Assembly (NCBI GenBank): GCA_019911865.1
Contig: JAIOJQ010000393.1
Span: 1-55,359 of the forward strand
From: Thermoanaerobaculia bacterium
Lineage (GTDB): Bacteria > Acidobacteriota > Thermoanaerobaculia > Multivoradales > JAGPDF01
Length of the DNA: 55,359 nucleotides
Reading direction: 5' to 3'
The notes beneath the pieces are model-generated. The model made no database searches and had not been told where the DNA came from. It worked only from the letters and a program-made list of their open reading frames with translations. Shown here piece by piece: positions 9,426 to 20,450 of this stretch (its first letter is position 1; each line of letters begins with the position of its first letter). A program made the translations under genes and the position numbers.

Positions 9426-10679
9426 TCACTCCTCCCCGTCGCCGTCGGTCTCGACGTCGCTCCCGTCGTCTCCACCGTCTCGCTTGCTCGCCGCGGCACG
9501 CACGACCTTGACCCGGTCGCCGTCGTGCAGTCCCTTGAGGGCGCGGTAGCTGCCGGTCACCACTTCGTCGCCGGCGGCGATCCCGGAGACGACCTCGACG
9601 TGGGTGGCATCCGAGATCCCCGTTTCGACCGGCTTCTGCGCCGCCTTGCCGCCGCTCACCACGAAGACGACCGGGACCTCCTCCTGCGCTCCGGCCGACT
9701 CCTCCGCTTCCGTCGGCCGCCGCTCCACAACTGCCTGGATGGGCACCACGAGCGCCTCGGCCCGGGTGGTCACCAGGATCTCAGCCCGCGCCGACATGCC
9801 CGGGCGCAGCCGATCGTCCGGCTGCGCGAGCAGGATGCGGACGCGGAAGAACTGGACGTCGGGCTGGCTCGCCTTCGTGTAGCCGGAGCTGCCGACCTCG
9901 ACGACCTCTCCGGCATACGTCGAGTCGGGGAGGGCGTCGACCCGGATCTCGGCCGAGAGTCCCGGCCGGACGTGCACGATCTCGGTCTCGTCGACGTCGA
10001 CCTCGGCGAGCACCTCGGAGAGGTCGGCGATCGTTCCGATCACCGACGCCGGGTTGTTCATCGTCCCGGAGACGACGACCTCCCCCTGCTCGGCGTTGAG
10101 CGCGATCACCCGACCGGCGAGCGGCGCGAAGATGGTCGTCTTGCGCAGGTCGTCCTCGGCCTTGACGAGCAGCGCCCTCGCCTGCGTTACGCCTTCCTGC
10201 GCCGTGCGAACCTGCAGCCGGGCCGAGGTGAACTGCAGTTCGGCGGACTCGAGCGACTCGCGGGCCGTGATGCCGTCCGCGCCGAGGCGCCGCGCCCGCT
10301 CCACCCGGAGCTGCTGGTCGGCGAGCGCCACCCGGGCCCGTTCGAGCTCGGTGCTGGCCATGGCGAGCCGGGCCCGCGCGTCGTCCCGGGCGGCGGTGAA
10401 GGCCTGCTGCTCGAGGCGCAGGAACGGCTGGCCGACCTCGATCCGGTCCCCCTCGCGTACGAACAGCTCTTCGATGCGCCCGATGACGTGTGCCGAGATG
10501 TCGACCTTGACGCGCGGGTGGATCTGGCCGCTGGCGGTGACCGTCTGCGAGATGTCGCGCCGGGCCGCCGGCTCGGCGTGCACGTTCACCGCCTTGCCGC
10601 CGCCACCCGACCGGATGCTGGCGAAGACGATGAGCGCGAGGGCGGCAACGACACCGGCCGCGATGAGGATCTTCTTCAT
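9426..10679 (-). CDS. HlyD/MacA-family periplasmic adaptor (membrane fusion protein)
   Basis: The internal ATG at 10679 gives [22 protein letters not shown] (signal anchor), then a coiled-coil hairpin region ([30 protein letters not shown]) and a beta-barrel C-terminus. The track ORF is extended 63 aa upstream by Arg-rich junk. Confidence 0.85.
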   Translation of the reverse strand: MKKILIAAGVVAALALIVFASIRSGGGGKAVNVHAEPAARRDISQTVTASGQIHPRVKVDISAHVIGRIEELFVREGDRIEVGQPFLRLEQQAFTAARDDARARLAMASTELERARVALADQQLRVERARRLGADGITARESLESAELQFTSARLQVRTAQEGVTQARALLVKAEDDLRKTTIFAPLAGRVIALNAEQGEVVVSGTMNNPASVIGTIADLSEVLAEVDVDETEIVHVRPGLSAEIRVDALPDSTYAGEVVEVGSSGYTKASQPDVQFFRVRILLAQPDDRLRPGMSARAEILVTTRAEALVVPIQAVVERRPTEAEESAGAQEEVPVVFVVSGGKAAQKPVETGISDATHVEVVSGIAAGDEVVTGSYRALKGLHDGDRVKVVRAAASKRDGGDDGSDVETDGDGEE

Positions 10680-10690
10680 CTGGACTCCCC

Positions 10691-11452
10691 TCAGCCGCCG
10701 AGGAAGCCGGCGACGCCGACCTTGATCAGGACGGCGACCAGCCAGGGAACCAGCACCACCGCGAGCGCCGCGCCCCGCGACAGCTTCCCGACCACGCGGA
10801 AGCCGATGGTCAGCAGGGCGATGCACCAGACCGAGAAGAGGTCGATGCTCGACAACAGGGCCCGCCATCGGGCGCCGGTGTCGTCGCCGGCGAAGACCCC
10901 GGCGTGCGAAGCCAGAAAGTTCCCGGCGAAGGTCTCCTGGAAGTCGATGCTCGGCCGCGACAGGATGACCGGGATCGCCACCAGAGTCGCCACCGCGAAG
11001 GGGAGCAACCCGTGCGTGGCGACCGCGAGCGACCTCCGGAAGTCGATCTCGCTCCCCATCAGCCGCGCCAGGGCGAGAAAGATGGCCGCCGTGACGACGT
11101 AGAAGAGGCCGGCGCCGCCGAACGCCGAAACGGCCGAAATGAACCGGGCACCGGGAGCCGGCGAGAGCTGCTGCTCGACCGCCTCGTCGATGTTCTCCGC
11201 CGGCACCCCGCGATCCTCGAGGAAGGCGCGCAGCGACTCCGGCGAGATGCGCGGCTCGACCAGGAACTTCACCACCAGGGTGGTCGAGCAGAGCAACAGC
11301 AGCGCCAGGCCCCAGGTCGGCAGGTGCGCGATGGCCGCGAAGGTCTTCGCCGGCTGGAACAGGACAGCGGCGAGGCGGCGAGCCGCCTCGCCGAAGGTGG
11401 CGATCTCCCGGCCGGCGTCGCCGGCCGTGCTTGCGTCTTCAGCTTCGGTCAT
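10691..11452 (-). CDS. Yip1-family multi-pass membrane protein
   Basis: 253 aa, ATG start with a GGGGAGGG Shine-Dalgarno. The N-terminal motif LFQPAKTFAAIAHLPTWGLALLLL is typical of bacterial Yip1/DUF1282-type proteins. About 5 hydrophobic segments. Family assignment is from memory of the domain pattern. Confidence 0.55.
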   Translation of the reverse strand: MTEAEDASTAGDAGREIATFGEAARRLAAVLFQPAKTFAAIAHLPTWGLALLLLCSTTLVVKFLVEPRISPESLRAFLEDRGVPAENIDEAVEQQLSPAPGARFISAVSAFGGAGLFYVVTAAIFLALARLMGSEIDFRRSLAVATHGLLPFAVATLVAIPVILSRPSIDFQETFAGNFLASHAGVFAGDDTGARWRALLSSIDLFSVWCIALLTIGFRVVGKLSRGAALAVVLVPWLVAVLIKVGVAGFLGG

Positions 11453-11539
11453 CTCGCCCTCCCCGCGATGGCAGCGCCCGGACGCACGACGCGGCGCCAG
11501 CCCGGGACGGGCGGCGCCGCGGTCAGACCCCGAGGGTCC

Positions 11540-13159
11540 TCAGTCGGCGAAGGTGACGCCGACGTGCTCGAGCAGCCTGCCGATCGCCCGATGATACGAA
11601 ACCAGGGCGCGCCGGTAACCGGTCACCGCCTCGACCACCCGCAGGCGGGCGCCGGCGAGGTCCTCTTCGACCTGCAGGATCTGGAAGCTGGTCGACAGCC
11701 CGTTCTCGTACTTGCGGCGCTCGGCGTCGAGGTTCTTCTCGGCCAGCCGCTCCGAAACCCGGGCCGACTCGATCTGCTGGGCGCCGATGTCGAGGCCGCG
11801 CGCCGCGATCCGGACCTCGGCCTCGATGCGCTGGCGAAGCTCCTCGAAACCGACCTTTCCCTGCTCGAACGCCAGCTCGGCGCCGGCGGCGCGGGCACGG
11901 GCGGTCCGGTTGCCGATCGGCAAGCCGAACTCGAGACCGACCGACCAGCCGGGAAAGTCGGCGTCGGTGACCTGCTCGAGGGCGTCGTCCCAGCCGCCGT
12001 CGAGGCGCGAAACGACATTTCCCTGGTTGTCGCGGATCACCACGTCGCCGCCGACGCCGTTGAATCCGTAGGAGGCGACGAGATCGAGCCGCGGCCTGGT
12101 CTGGGCGCGCTGATAGGCCGCTTCGATCTCGCGGGCCTGCAGGCCCAGCTGCTCGCGCGCCAGCTCGGGGCGCGACGCCATGGCGGTTTCGATCGCCTGG
12201 TTGACGTCGAAATCGAACCGTTCGACGTCCGGGGCCGTGTCGGGAACCAGCGGCAGGGTCCAGACGCGGGGCTCGTCGAGGTCGAGCAGGTAGCGCAACG
12301 CGTCCTCCGCGTCGCCGATGTCGCCGCGCGCCCGGATGATCTCCTCCTCGCGAGTCGCGATGCCGGCCTCGCTCTGCACCAGCTCGAGCGGCGCCAGCGT
12401 TCCGACGTCGACCCGCACCTGATTGTCCGAGTGGAGCTGCTTCGCCAGGGAGAGGCTCTCCTCGGCGACTTCGAGGCGGTAGCGGGTCGCCACCAGGTTC
12501 CAGTAGGCGTTCTCGGCGCTGGCGATCGTGGCCACGATCTGCTCGACGAAGCCCTCGCGCGCCATTTCGCTGTCGAGGCCGGCGATCCGGATGCCGAACT
12601 CGGTGGCGTCGCGACCGAAGTTGCGCAACAGGGGCTGCGAGAACGACAGGTCGAGGCCGGAGTTGTACGACGGATTGATCGAGAAGAACTGGCTGTTCGT
12701 CTCGAGGCGCGAGTTGCTCCAGGCGAGCTGCGCGGTGCCGCCGGTCGGGAGGAGGCGCGAGAGGCCTGCCGACAGTAACTGGCGATCCTGCTTCTGGACG
12801 TCGGCGCCGTCGAGATTCGAGGCCGCCGGGCTCTCATCGCTCGACGCCGAGACCGAGGCACCGAGACCGAAGTCGTAGATTCCCATCGCCTGCTCGACGC
12901 CGAGGCGCACGCGCTCGCGGCCGTAACGCTGGACACGCAGGCCGAGGTTGCGCTCGAGCGCCAGCGCGATCGTCTCTTCGAGGCTCAGGTGGACGGCGTC
13001 TCCCTCGATCCGCAGCGTCGCCGCGCCGGTGGCGCCGGTCGGCTGGCTGCGGACTTCGACGGGTGACGACGCGAAGGCGGGGGCGAAGCCGCCCGCCAGG
13101 AGGCAGAGAGCCGCGCGGGCTGCGATCGACCGGCGGCGGATGGTCCAGGGTGTCATCAT
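11540..13159 (-). CDS. TolC-family outer-membrane efflux channel
   Basis: 539 aa. Signal peptide ...[18 protein letters not shown], then two tandem OEP repeats rich in coiled-coil segments ([22 protein letters not shown]; [31 protein letters not shown]). Confidence 0.85.
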   Translation of the reverse strand: MMTPWTIRRRSIAARAALCLLAGGFAPAFASSPVEVRSQPTGATGAATLRIEGDAVHLSLEETIALALERNLGLRVQRYGRERVRLGVEQAMGIYDFGLGASVSASSDESPAASNLDGADVQKQDRQLLSAGLSRLLPTGGTAQLAWSNSRLETNSQFFSINPSYNSGLDLSFSQPLLRNFGRDATEFGIRIAGLDSEMAREGFVEQIVATIASAENAYWNLVATRYRLEVAEESLSLAKQLHSDNQVRVDVGTLAPLELVQSEAGIATREEEIIRARGDIGDAEDALRYLLDLDEPRVWTLPLVPDTAPDVERFDFDVNQAIETAMASRPELAREQLGLQAREIEAAYQRAQTRPRLDLVASYGFNGVGGDVVIRDNQGNVVSRLDGGWDDALEQVTDADFPGWSVGLEFGLPIGNRTARARAAGAELAFEQGKVGFEELRQRIEAEVRIAARGLDIGAQQIESARVSERLAEKNLDAERRKYENGLSTSFQILQVEEDLAGARLRVVEAVTGYRRALVSYHRAIGRLLEHVGVTFAD

Positions 13160-13210
13160 TCCTCGATTCCTCTTGGTCTTGCGTCGAGCTTCACGTCTGG
13201 GAACAGTACG

Positions 13211-14230
13211 TCAGGTAGGCGGAAAAGTTCCGCCCGCCCCGAGTCCGTCGACTCCTGCCTCGCCCGGAAAGTGGCAGGCCACCCGCCGCCCGGCGCCGAT
13301 CCCGACGAGTCCGGGAGCGCGATCGCGGCAGAGGTTCCGGGCGACCGGGCAGCGCGGATGAAACGGACAGCCTGCGGGCGGATCCGCCGGGTCGGGCGGC
13401 TCGCCGACGAGGCGGATCCGGCCGTCCGCGGCCACCGGCCGCGCCGACGGAACGGCCGAGCGCAGGGCCGCGGTATAGGGATGAAGAGGGCGCGCGAGCA
13501 GGTCGCGTGCCCCGCCTTCCTCGACGATGCGTCCGAGGTAGAGCACGGCGATCCGGTCGGCGATCTGCTCGACGATTGCCAGGTCGTGGGCGATGAACAG
13601 CATGGCCAGCCCGCGTTCGACCTGCAGCCGGGCGAGCAGGTTGACGATCTGGGCGCGCACCGAGACGTCGAGCGCCGACACCGGCTCGTCGGCGATCAGC
13701 AGCGCCGGGTCGGTGGCGAGGGCGCGCGCGATGCCGATCCGCTGTCGCTGGCCACCCGAGAACTCGTGCGGAAAGCGGTGCTGCGCGTCGGCCGGCATGC
13801 CGACCTCGGCGAGCATGCGGGCGAGCCGCTCGGCCCGCGCGTGGCGCGTCGCCAGGCGATGCACGGTGAGCGGCTCGAAGATCGCCTCGCCGATCCGCAT
13901 CCGCGGATCGAGCGATCCCCACGGATCCTGGAAGACCATCTGCAGGTGGCGCCGTCGCCGGCGCAGCTGGCGCGGCGGCAGAGCCAGCAGGTCCTCGCCG
14001 CGGAACCGGACGCTGCCGCCGGCCGGCTCGACGAGGCGCAGGACCGCCCGTCCGAACGTCGTCTTGCCGCTTCCCGACTCCCCCACCAGGCCGACGGTCT
14101 CGCCCTCGGCCACGACGAGATCGACCCCGTCGACCGCCCGGACGCGGCGGCGGGCCCGGCCCGGCAGCCCCCGCTGCAGCGCGAACTCGACCCGCAGGCC
14201 GCTCACCTCGAGGCAGGGAGGCGGCGTCAC
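13211..14230 (-). CDS. Oligopeptide/dipeptide ABC transporter ATP-binding protein (OppF/DppF-like)
   Basis: [35 protein letters not shown], and the C-terminal oligopeptide-type tail HPYTAAL...[11 protein letters not shown] at 14230 overlaps the upstream stop (GTGA). Confidence 0.85.
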   Translation of the reverse strand: MTPPPCLEVSGLRVEFALQRGLPGRARRRVRAVDGVDLVVAEGETVGLVGESGSGKTTFGRAVLRLVEPAGGSVRFRGEDLLALPPRQLRRRRRHLQMVFQDPWGSLDPRMRIGEAIFEPLTVHRLATRHARAERLARMLAEVGMPADAQHRFPHEFSGGQRQRIGIARALATDPALLIADEPVSALDVSVRAQIVNLLARLQVERGLAMLFIAHDLAIVEQIADRIAVLYLGRIVEEGGARDLLARPLHPYTAALRSAVPSARPVAADGRIRLVGEPPDPADPPAGCPFHPRCPVARNLCRDRAPGLVGIGAGRRVACHFPGEAGVDGLGAGGTFPPT

Positions 14231-15210
14231 GCGACCTCCCGGGGGCGTGCCAGAACGCAGCGGGCGCCGCGTCCCGCGCCGTGATCGATCCACTCCGGCT
14301 CGCTCGTCGCGCATTCCGCCAGGCGCATCTCACAGCGCGGATGGAAGGGACAGCCCGGCGGCAGATCCCCGGCCGAGGGGACCTGACCGGGGATGGCGGG
14401 CAGTTCGCCACGGGGCGCCGGCGAGCCGATCTCTGGCAGGGACGCCAGCAGGCCGCGCGTGTACGGATGGGCGGGCGCGGCGAAGAGCTCCGCCGTCGGC
14501 CCGCACTCGACGATCTGCCCGGCGTACATCACGGCCACCCGGTCGCAGGTGCCGGCCACCACCGCGAGATCGTGGGTGATCAGCAGCAGGCCGAGACCGA
14601 GGTCGCGGCGCAGGTCGCGGAACAGGTCGAGCACTTGCGCCTGCAGGGTGACGTCGAGGGCCGTCGTCGGCTCGTCGGCGACGAGCAGGTCGGGACCGGC
14701 CGCCAGCGCAATGGCGACCAGCACCCTCTGGCGCTGGCCGCCGGAGAGCTGGTGCGGATACTCCGCGAGGCGGCGCCGCGGGTCGGGCACCGCCAGTCGC
14801 GCCAGCAGCTCCTCGGCCCGCCGCCGAGCCTCGCGGCGCGGCATGGGCCGGTGGGCGCGGATCGCCTCGACGATCTGGGTCCCGACGGTCAACACCGGGT
14901 TGAGGGCGGCCGACGGCTCCTGGAAGACGAGGCCGATCCTGCCGCCGCGAACCGGCCGCAGGGCGGCCTCGCCCAGGCCGACGAGCTCACGCCCCGCGAG
15001 CCGGATCGAACCGCGCCGGATCCGCCCCGGCGGAGGGATCAGGCCGAGCAGGGCGAGCGCGCTGAGGCTCTTGCCCGAGCCCGACTCCCCCACCAGGCCG
15101 ACGATCTCGCCGCGTCCCACGTCGAACGAGACGCCGCGCACCACCGCCAGCTCCTTCCCACCGAACGGAAAGACGATTTCGAGGTCGCGGACCTCGAGCA
15201 GCGCGCTCAC
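14227..15210 (-). CDS. Oligopeptide/dipeptide ABC transporter ATP-binding protein (OppD/DppD-like)
   Basis: [56 protein letters not shown] at 15210 overlaps the pepA stop (GTGA). The track ORF (to 15861) is an over-extension. Confidence 0.85.
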   Translation of the reverse strand: MSALLEVRDLEIVFPFGGKELAVVRGVSFDVGRGEIVGLVGESGSGKSLSALALLGLIPPPGRIRRGSIRLAGRELVGLGEAALRPVRGGRIGLVFQEPSAALNPVLTVGTQIVEAIRAHRPMPRREARRRAEELLARLAVPDPRRRLAEYPHQLSGGQRQRVLVAIALAAGPDLLVADEPTTALDVTLQAQVLDLFRDLRRDLGLGLLLITHDLAVVAGTCDRVAVMYAGQIVECGPTAELFAAPAHPYTRGLLASLPEIGSPAPRGELPAIPGQVPSAGDLPPGCPFHPRCEMRLAECATSEPEWIDHGAGRGARCVLARPREVA

Positions 15211-16688
15211 CGGCGAGGCCGCCGCCCGCTCTTTCCCAGCGACCGCAGCCAGTCGACGGTCAGCGCGATCCCGTAGCCGGTGGCGCCGCGCTGGATCTTG
15301 CCTTCGCCGACATAGGCCGGCCCGGCGATGTCGAGGTGGGCCCAGCTGGCGACCGGTTCGACGAACTGGGATAGGAAGGCGGCGGCGGTGCAGGCGCCGC
15401 CCCAGCGGCCGCCCGAGTTGCGCAGGTCGGCGTGGGCACCGCGCATCTCCTCGAGAAACTCGCGCCAGAGCGGCAGGCGCCAGAGGCGCTCGCCGTTGCT
15501 CTCGGCGGCCGAGAGCAGCCCGCCGGCGAGCTCGTCGTCCGGGGTGAAAAGGCCGGCACCGGTCGGCCCCAGCGCCACGACGCAGGCCCCGGTTAGGGTG
15601 GAGTACTCGAGCAGATGGTCGGGTTTCTCGCTCGCCGCCCAGGCCAGGGCGTCGGCGAGGATCATCCGGCCCTCGGCGTCGGTGTTGAGGATCTCCACCG
15701 TCCGCCCGTTGGCGCAGCGCACGATGTCCCCCGGCCGATAGGCGCGGCCATCCGGCATGTTCTCCGCCAGCGGCAGGTAGGCCCGCACGCGCACGGGCAG
15801 ATTCAGGCGCGCCATTGCCTCGAGGGCTCCGAGAACGGTGCAGGCTCCCGACTTGTCCCACTTCATCTCGTCCATCTGTCCGGCCGGCTTGATCGAGATG
15901 CCGCCGGTGTCGAAGGTGACCCCCTTGCCCACCAGCGCCACCGTGCGCGGCCCGCTGCCGAGCTCGATGCGCACCAGGCGCGGCGGATGCTCCGAGCCGC
16001 CACCCACCGCGAGGATTCCCCCCATCCCGCGCCGCTTCATCTCGGTCGGGGTGAGGATCCGGATCTTCGCCCCGTGCCGCCGGGCCAGGCGGGCGGCCTG
16101 CGCGGCCATCCAGGCCGGCGTGGCGACGTTGGGTGGCGTGTTGCCGAGATCGCGGGCCAACGCCACCCCCGCCGCCACCGCCGCCCCCACCGGCACCCCG
16201 GCGCGCCAGGCCGCGGCGTCGCCGTCCGGTGGCAGCAGGTCGACTCGCTTCAGCCGCGAGCGATGCTTCTTGCCCAGCCAGGAGTCGAAGCGGTAACCGG
16301 CGATCGCGATCTCGCGGGCGATCCGCGCCGCCGCGGCAGCGCCGCGGGCGATCTCGTGGTCGGGCACCGCGAGGACGAAGGCCGGTTCGTCGGCGCTGCG
16401 TACCGCATCGACCGCCTGTCCGAGCCAGGCGCGCAAGCGCTGCGCATCGAGATCGGCACGCTTGCCGAGACCGCGCACCAGCAGGACACGTCCGGCGGCG
16501 AGCTCGAGCTCGGCACTCTGCCCCTCCTCGCCCTTCCAGCCGGCGCGCCGCAGCGCGACCTCGACACCCTTCGCCACCGCAGCCGGAAGTCCGGCCGGCG
16601 CCGCCTTCTCTCCGGCGAACAGGCCGACCACCACCCGCCCCGCCGGCAACCGCCGGCCGGTCACACTCACCACGAGTTCCGTTGCCAC
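15207..16688 (-). CDS. pepA: Leucyl aminopeptidase (M17 family)
   Basis: 493 aa, GTG start. VGKGVTFDTGGISIKP and the M17 signature NTDAEGRMILADAL. Confidence 0.9.
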   Translation of the reverse strand: MATELVVSVTGRRLPAGRVVVGLFAGEKAAPAGLPAAVAKGVEVALRRAGWKGEEGQSAELELAAGRVLLVRGLGKRADLDAQRLRAWLGQAVDAVRSADEPAFVLAVPDHEIARGAAAAARIAREIAIAGYRFDSWLGKKHRSRLKRVDLLPPDGDAAAWRAGVPVGAAVAAGVALARDLGNTPPNVATPAWMAAQAARLARRHGAKIRILTPTEMKRRGMGGILAVGGGSEHPPRLVRIELGSGPRTVALVGKGVTFDTGGISIKPAGQMDEMKWDKSGACTVLGALEAMARLNLPVRVRAYLPLAENMPDGRAYRPGDIVRCANGRTVEILNTDAEGRMILADALAWAASEKPDHLLEYSTLTGACVVALGPTGAGLFTPDDELAGGLLSAAESNGERLWRLPLWREFLEEMRGAHADLRNSGGRWGGACTAAAFLSQFVEPVASWAHLDIAGPAYVGEGKIQRGATGYGIALTVDWLRSLGKSGRRPRR

Positions 16689-16707
16689 GCCCGTCCTCCT
16701 CGTCGAT

Positions 16708-17415
16708 TCAGTCCGCCGCGATGCCGGTAGTCAGCCGGTCGCGGACTACCTTGAGATCCTCCCAGGCCGGCCGCTTCAGCCCGGCGTCGCGCAGCAGCGC
16801 GGCCGGGTGGTATGTCACCCGTGTCGCGACACCCCGCACTTCGTGCCAGGCGCCGCGCAATCTGCCCACCGGGGCGTCGCTGGCCAGCAACGCGTGCGCC
16901 GCGACCCGACCGAGGAGAACCAGCGCGGCGGGACGCACCGCGTCGATCTGCGCCTCGAGGTAGCCGCGACAGGCGGCGATCTCGTCGGGCTCGGGATTCC
17001 GGTTTCCCGGCGGCCGGCACTTGACGACGTTGGCGATGTAGACCTGTCCGCGTTCGAGCTCGATGCCGGCGATCATCCGGTCGAGCAGCTCGCCGGCGGC
17101 GCCGACGAACGGCAGGCCGCGCCGGTCCTCTTCGGCGCCGGGTCCCTCACCGACGAACATCAGGCGGGCGCGGGGATCGCCGTCGGCCCAAACCACCGAG
17201 TGGCGGGTCTCGCAGAGTTTGCAGTTCCGGCACGCTGCCGCCTCGGCGGCGAGGCGCTCGAGGTCGATCTCCGCCGCCGGCGCCGTCGGCCGGAACGGCT
17301 CGCCGGGCCCGAGACTCGAAGCGGACCCGGCGCTTGCCGACGGACGCGGGTAGACGTGCGTCCAGCCGAGATCGGCGAGGTAGCGCAGGACGTCAGCGAG
17401 CGGTGGCGTCGACAG
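16708..17415 (-). CDS. Uracil-DNA glycosylase, family 4 (Fe-S type)
   Basis: CRNCKLC...[24 protein letters not shown]...[14 protein letters not shown]...HPAALLR. The 5' end is uncertain. No ATG/GTG/TTG lies near the point where the sequence starts to look protein-like ([13 protein letters not shown]). CTG at 17415 is my guess, and it overlaps the coaBC 3' end by 23 nt. Confidence 0.8.
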   Translation of the reverse strand: MSTPPLADVLRYLADLGWTHVYPRPSASAGSASSLGPGEPFRPTAPAAEIDLERLAAEAAACRNCKLCETRHSVVWADGDPRARLMFVGEGPGAEEDRRGLPFVGAAGELLDRMIAGIELERGQVYIANVVKCRPPGNRNPEPDEIAACRGYLEAQIDAVRPAALVLLGRVAAHALLASDAPVGRLRGAWHEVRGVATRVTYHPAALLRDAGLKRPAWEDLKVVRDRLTTGIAAD

Positions 17416-18625
17416 GGTCGGACCCCGGCAGTTCGCGGGTGATGAGATCGAGCAGGTCGCCGGCCAGTTGGGACTTGGGGCGACGCGACAGACGAAGCGG
17501 CTCGCGGTCGCGCCAGTGAACGGTGACCTCGTTCTGGTCGCTGCCGAAGCCGATGTCGGACCGCGACACGTCGTTGGCGACCAGCAGGTGGGCGCCCTTG
17601 GCGAGCAGTTTGCGCGCCGCTTCCGCGTCGTCGTCCCCGGTCTCCGCCGCGAAGCCGACCCGCAGGGCGCGGGGCGCCACCGCGGCAAGGCCGGCGAGAA
17701 TGTCCGGGTTGGCGACCAACTCGATCTGCGGCACGCCGGCGCTGCGCTTGATCTTCGCCGGCGCCGCGGCGAGCGGACGGAAATCGGCGACCGCGGCGGC
17801 GAGGACGATCACGTCGGCCGACGGGGCCAGGGCGTGCACGCGCGCTTCCATTTCGAGCGCCGTCTCGACGTCGAACCGCTCCACACCCGCGGGGGTCGGC
17901 AGGGCCACCGGTCCCGCTATCAGGCTGACCCGCGCCCCACGTCGCGCCGCTTCCGCCGCGAGGGCGAAACCCATCTTGCCGCTCGACCGGTTGCCGAGAA
18001 AGCGCACCGGATCGATCGGCTCGTGAGTCGGCCCGGCGGCGACCAGCAGGTGACGGCCGGCCAGCAGCCCCGCCGCGAAACGGCGCTGCACCGCCGCGAC
18101 CAGTTCGGGGACCTCGGCCATCCGGCCGATCCCCAGCTCACCGGAGGCGAGGGCCCCCTCGACGGGGCCGACGATCTCGACACCGCGGGCGCACAGCTCG
18201 GCGACGCGCGCCGCCACCGCCGGTTGGTTCCACATGGCGGCGTGCATCGCCGGAGCGACCAGGACAGGCCCGGTGAACGCCAGGGCCGTGGTGAGCAGCA
18301 TGTTGTCGGCCAGCCCGAGGGCGAGGGCGGCCAGGGTATGCGCGGTGGCGGGAGCGACCAGCAGGAGATCTGCGCGCGCCGCCGCCTGGATGTGCAGTTC
18401 GGCTCCTCCGACCCCGGGTTGCAGATACTCCTCCCCGAGTACCGGACTCCCGCTCACCACCTCGAGGGTCAGCGCGCTGACGAAAGCGGCCGCCGTCGGG
18501 GTGAGGATGCACTGGACTTCGAACCCGGCGTCGCGCAGGCGCCGGACCAGCTCCGGAGACTTGTAGGCGGCGATGCCGCCGGTGACGCCGAGCAGGATGC
18601 GACGGCCGGACGTCCTCGCTTCCAC
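17393..18625 (-). CDS. coaBC: Bifunctional phosphopantothenoylcysteine decarboxylase / phosphopantothenate-cysteine ligase
   Basis: 410 aa, GTG start. N-terminal flavoprotein motif [21 protein letters not shown]; C-terminal CoaB motifs [15 protein letters not shown] and AAAVADFRP. Confidence 0.9.
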   Translation of the reverse strand: MEARTSGRRILLGVTGGIAAYKSPELVRRLRDAGFEVQCILTPTAAAFVSALTLEVVSGSPVLGEEYLQPGVGGAELHIQAAARADLLLVAPATAHTLAALALGLADNMLLTTALAFTGPVLVAPAMHAAMWNQPAVAARVAELCARGVEIVGPVEGALASGELGIGRMAEVPELVAAVQRRFAAGLLAGRHLLVAAGPTHEPIDPVRFLGNRSSGKMGFALAAEAARRGARVSLIAGPVALPTPAGVERFDVETALEMEARVHALAPSADVIVLAAAVADFRPLAAAPAKIKRSAGVPQIELVANPDILAGLAAVAPRALRVGFAAETGDDDAEAARKLLAKGAHLLVANDVSRSDIGFGSDQNEVTVHWRDREPLRLSRRPKSQLAGDLLDLITRELPGSDPVDATAR

Positions 18626-18653
18626 GCTGGCCTCCGGGTCGCCCGCGCCCCGC

Positions 18654-18896
18654 TCAGGGGGCCGCGGTCTCCTCGACGGCCGTTCCCTCGTCCTCGACCA
18701 CCGGTACGGGCGCCGGCGGCGGACCGTATTGCCACTCGACCAGGTCTTCGGACACCTCGCGCATCGCGATTCTCGTCGCCTTGGCGTTCGGCAGGTCGAC
18801 CCGCGGACGAGCTCCGCGCAGGAGCTGTTCGGCGCGGCGGGCGGACAGGAGGACGAAACGGAAAGTGCTGTCGATCCGCTCGGGGATGCGTTCCAT
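18654..18896 (-). CDS. rpoZ: DNA-directed RNA polymerase subunit omega
   Basis: The internal ATG at 18896 gives an 80-aa protein, MERIPERIDSTFRFVLLSARRAEQLLRGARP... The gmk-rpoZ neighbourhood is conserved. The track ORF (227 aa) is over-extended across gmk. Confidence 0.8.
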   Translation of the reverse strand: MERIPERIDSTFRFVLLSARRAEQLLRGARPRVDLPNAKATRIAMREVSEDLVEWQYGPPPAPVPVVEDEGTAVEETAAP

Positions 18897-18910
18897 GAAA
18901 TCTCCGTGTT

Positions 18911-19576
18911 TCAGCTGCCGGGATCCGCGCCACCGGACCGCTCGAAGTCGGCGAGGACCCGGTCGATGCGACTCTGCTGCCGGGCCCGGCGTTGCCGCTT
19001 CTCGAGGACGATCGCAGCCAGAGCACGGCTGGCTCGTTCCAGATCGTCGTTGACGATAACATATTGATACGATTCGTAGCGACGAATCTCCCACCTGGAG
19101 ACCGCGAGGCGGCGGGCGACCTGCTCCGGGTCGTCGAGACCGCGCCCTCCGAGCCGGCGGACCAGGTCGGCGTAACCCGGCGGCAGGACGAAGATGCTGT
19201 GGGCGGTCGGAAAGGCGTGCATCAGGCGCTCGGCCCCCTGGACGTCGAGGTCGACGATGACGTCGAGGCCTGCGGCGAGAAACGGAATCACCGCCTGGCG
19301 AGACGTGCCGTAGTAGTTGCCGTGAACCTCGGCCCATTCGAGGAACGCGTCACCGGCGATCATCTGCTGAAAGGCGGCGGCGTCGACGAAGTGGTAGTCG
19401 CGCCCGTCGACCTCGCCGGCGCGCGGTCCCCGGGTCGTATGGCTGACCGAGAAGACGAGCTCCCCTTCATCGGCGATGCGCTCGCGGATGCCGTGGATGA
19501 GGGTCGTCTTGCCAGCCCCCGAAGGGGCCGAGAGGAGAAAGAGGTCTCCGCTGCCGGAGAGGTGTTCACTCGACAT
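18911..19576 (-). CDS. gmk: Guanylate kinase
   Basis: P-loop SAPSGAGKTTL, VSHTTRGPRAGEVDGRDYHFV. 221 aa. Confidence 0.9.
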   Translation of the reverse strand: MSSEHLSGSGDLFLLSAPSGAGKTTLIHGIRERIADEGELVFSVSHTTRGPRAGEVDGRDYHFVDAAAFQQMIAGDAFLEWAEVHGNYYGTSRQAVIPFLAAGLDVIVDLDVQGAERLMHAFPTAHSIFVLPPGYADLVRRLGGRGLDDPEQVARRLAVSRWEIRRYESYQYVIVNDDLERASRALAAIVLEKRQRRARQQSRIDRVLADFERSGGADPGS

Positions 19577-20450
19577 TCTGCAGTTGCTCCCGGATCTGTT
19601 CGCAGATCACCTTGGCGTCGACCACCAGTCGGGTCATCTCGACGTCCCGGCTCTTCGACCCGATCGTATTGAGCTCGCGCAGGATCTCCTGGGTGAGGAA
19701 CTCCAGCCGCTTGCCGACCGCTTCGTCGCGCGTCGCGATCTCGGCGAAATGATCCAGGTGCGCGGCGAGGCGGTCGAGCTCCTCGCGGATGTCTCCCTTG
19801 TCGACCAGCAGGGCGATCTCCTGCGCCAGCCGCTCCTCCGGCACCGGCGAGCCGGCCGGATCGAGCAATTCCGCCAGCCGGGCGCGCAGGGATTCGCCGA
19901 GGCGCGCCGCCGCCGTGCCGCGGCGCGCGGTCAGGGCGACGGTGAGCGAAGCCAGCTCGCCGCGCGCCCGCTCGAGCGCCGCGGCGAGGCGCCCCCCTTC
20001 GGCCGCCCGCGCCATTGCGAAGTCCACGAGCGCCTGGTCGAAAGCGGCATCGAGGCGCGCCGAGTCGGCCTCCGTCCAGGCCAGCTCCCCCGACTCGACG
20101 ACCACCAGGCCGGGAGCGCGCAGCAGCTCGCCGAGGGTGAGGCGCGGATCGACGAGCCCGTCGCGTACGAGATCCCCCGCACCAGCCTGCAGGGCCGCGA
20201 CGGCGGCCGCGTCGATGCGCACCCGGGTGGCGGGAAGTCCGGTCGAAACGCTGCGCACGACGACCTCGCATCGCCCGCGCTGGACCGCAGCGCCGAGGCG
20301 CTGGCGCAGCGCCGGCTCCCGGCCGCGCAGATCCTCGGGCAGGCGCAGGACCGCATCCAGGTGGCGCTGATTCCAGCCCTGCACGGTCACTTCGATCCGC
20401 CGCCCTTCCCCCTCGGCGGTCGCCTGCGCGAAGCCGGTCATGCTCTTCAT
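19566..20450 (-). CDS. yicC: YicC-family stress-induced protein (YicC N-terminal + DUF1732)
   Basis: ATG at 20450 gives MKSMTGFAQATAEG...; C-terminal REELDRLAAHLDHF and ILRELNTIGSKS. The ATGA overlaps the upstream stop, and the 3' end overlaps gmk by 11 nt. Confidence 0.85.
   Translation of the reverse strand: MKSMTGFAQATAEGEGRRIEVTVQGWNQRHLDAVLRLPEDLRGREPALRQRLGAAVQRGRCEVVVRSVSTGLPATRVRIDAAAVAALQAGAGDLVRDGLVDPRLTLGELLRAPGLVVVESGELAWTEADSARLDAAFDQALVDFAMARAAEGGRLAAALERARGELASLTVALTARRGTAAARLGESLRARLAELLDPAGSPVPEERLAQEIALLVDKGDIREELDRLAAHLDHFAEIATRDEAVGKRLEFLTQEILRELNTIGSKSRDVEMTRLVVDAKVICEQIREQLQNVE

Noticed and set aside
16133-16963. Plus-strand ORF containing a PPPPPPPPPPP run, which could be read as a proline-rich or repeat protein
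   Set aside because: It is antisense to pepA. The poly-Pro comes from GGN-rich Gly/Ala codons on the coding strand. There is no independent support.
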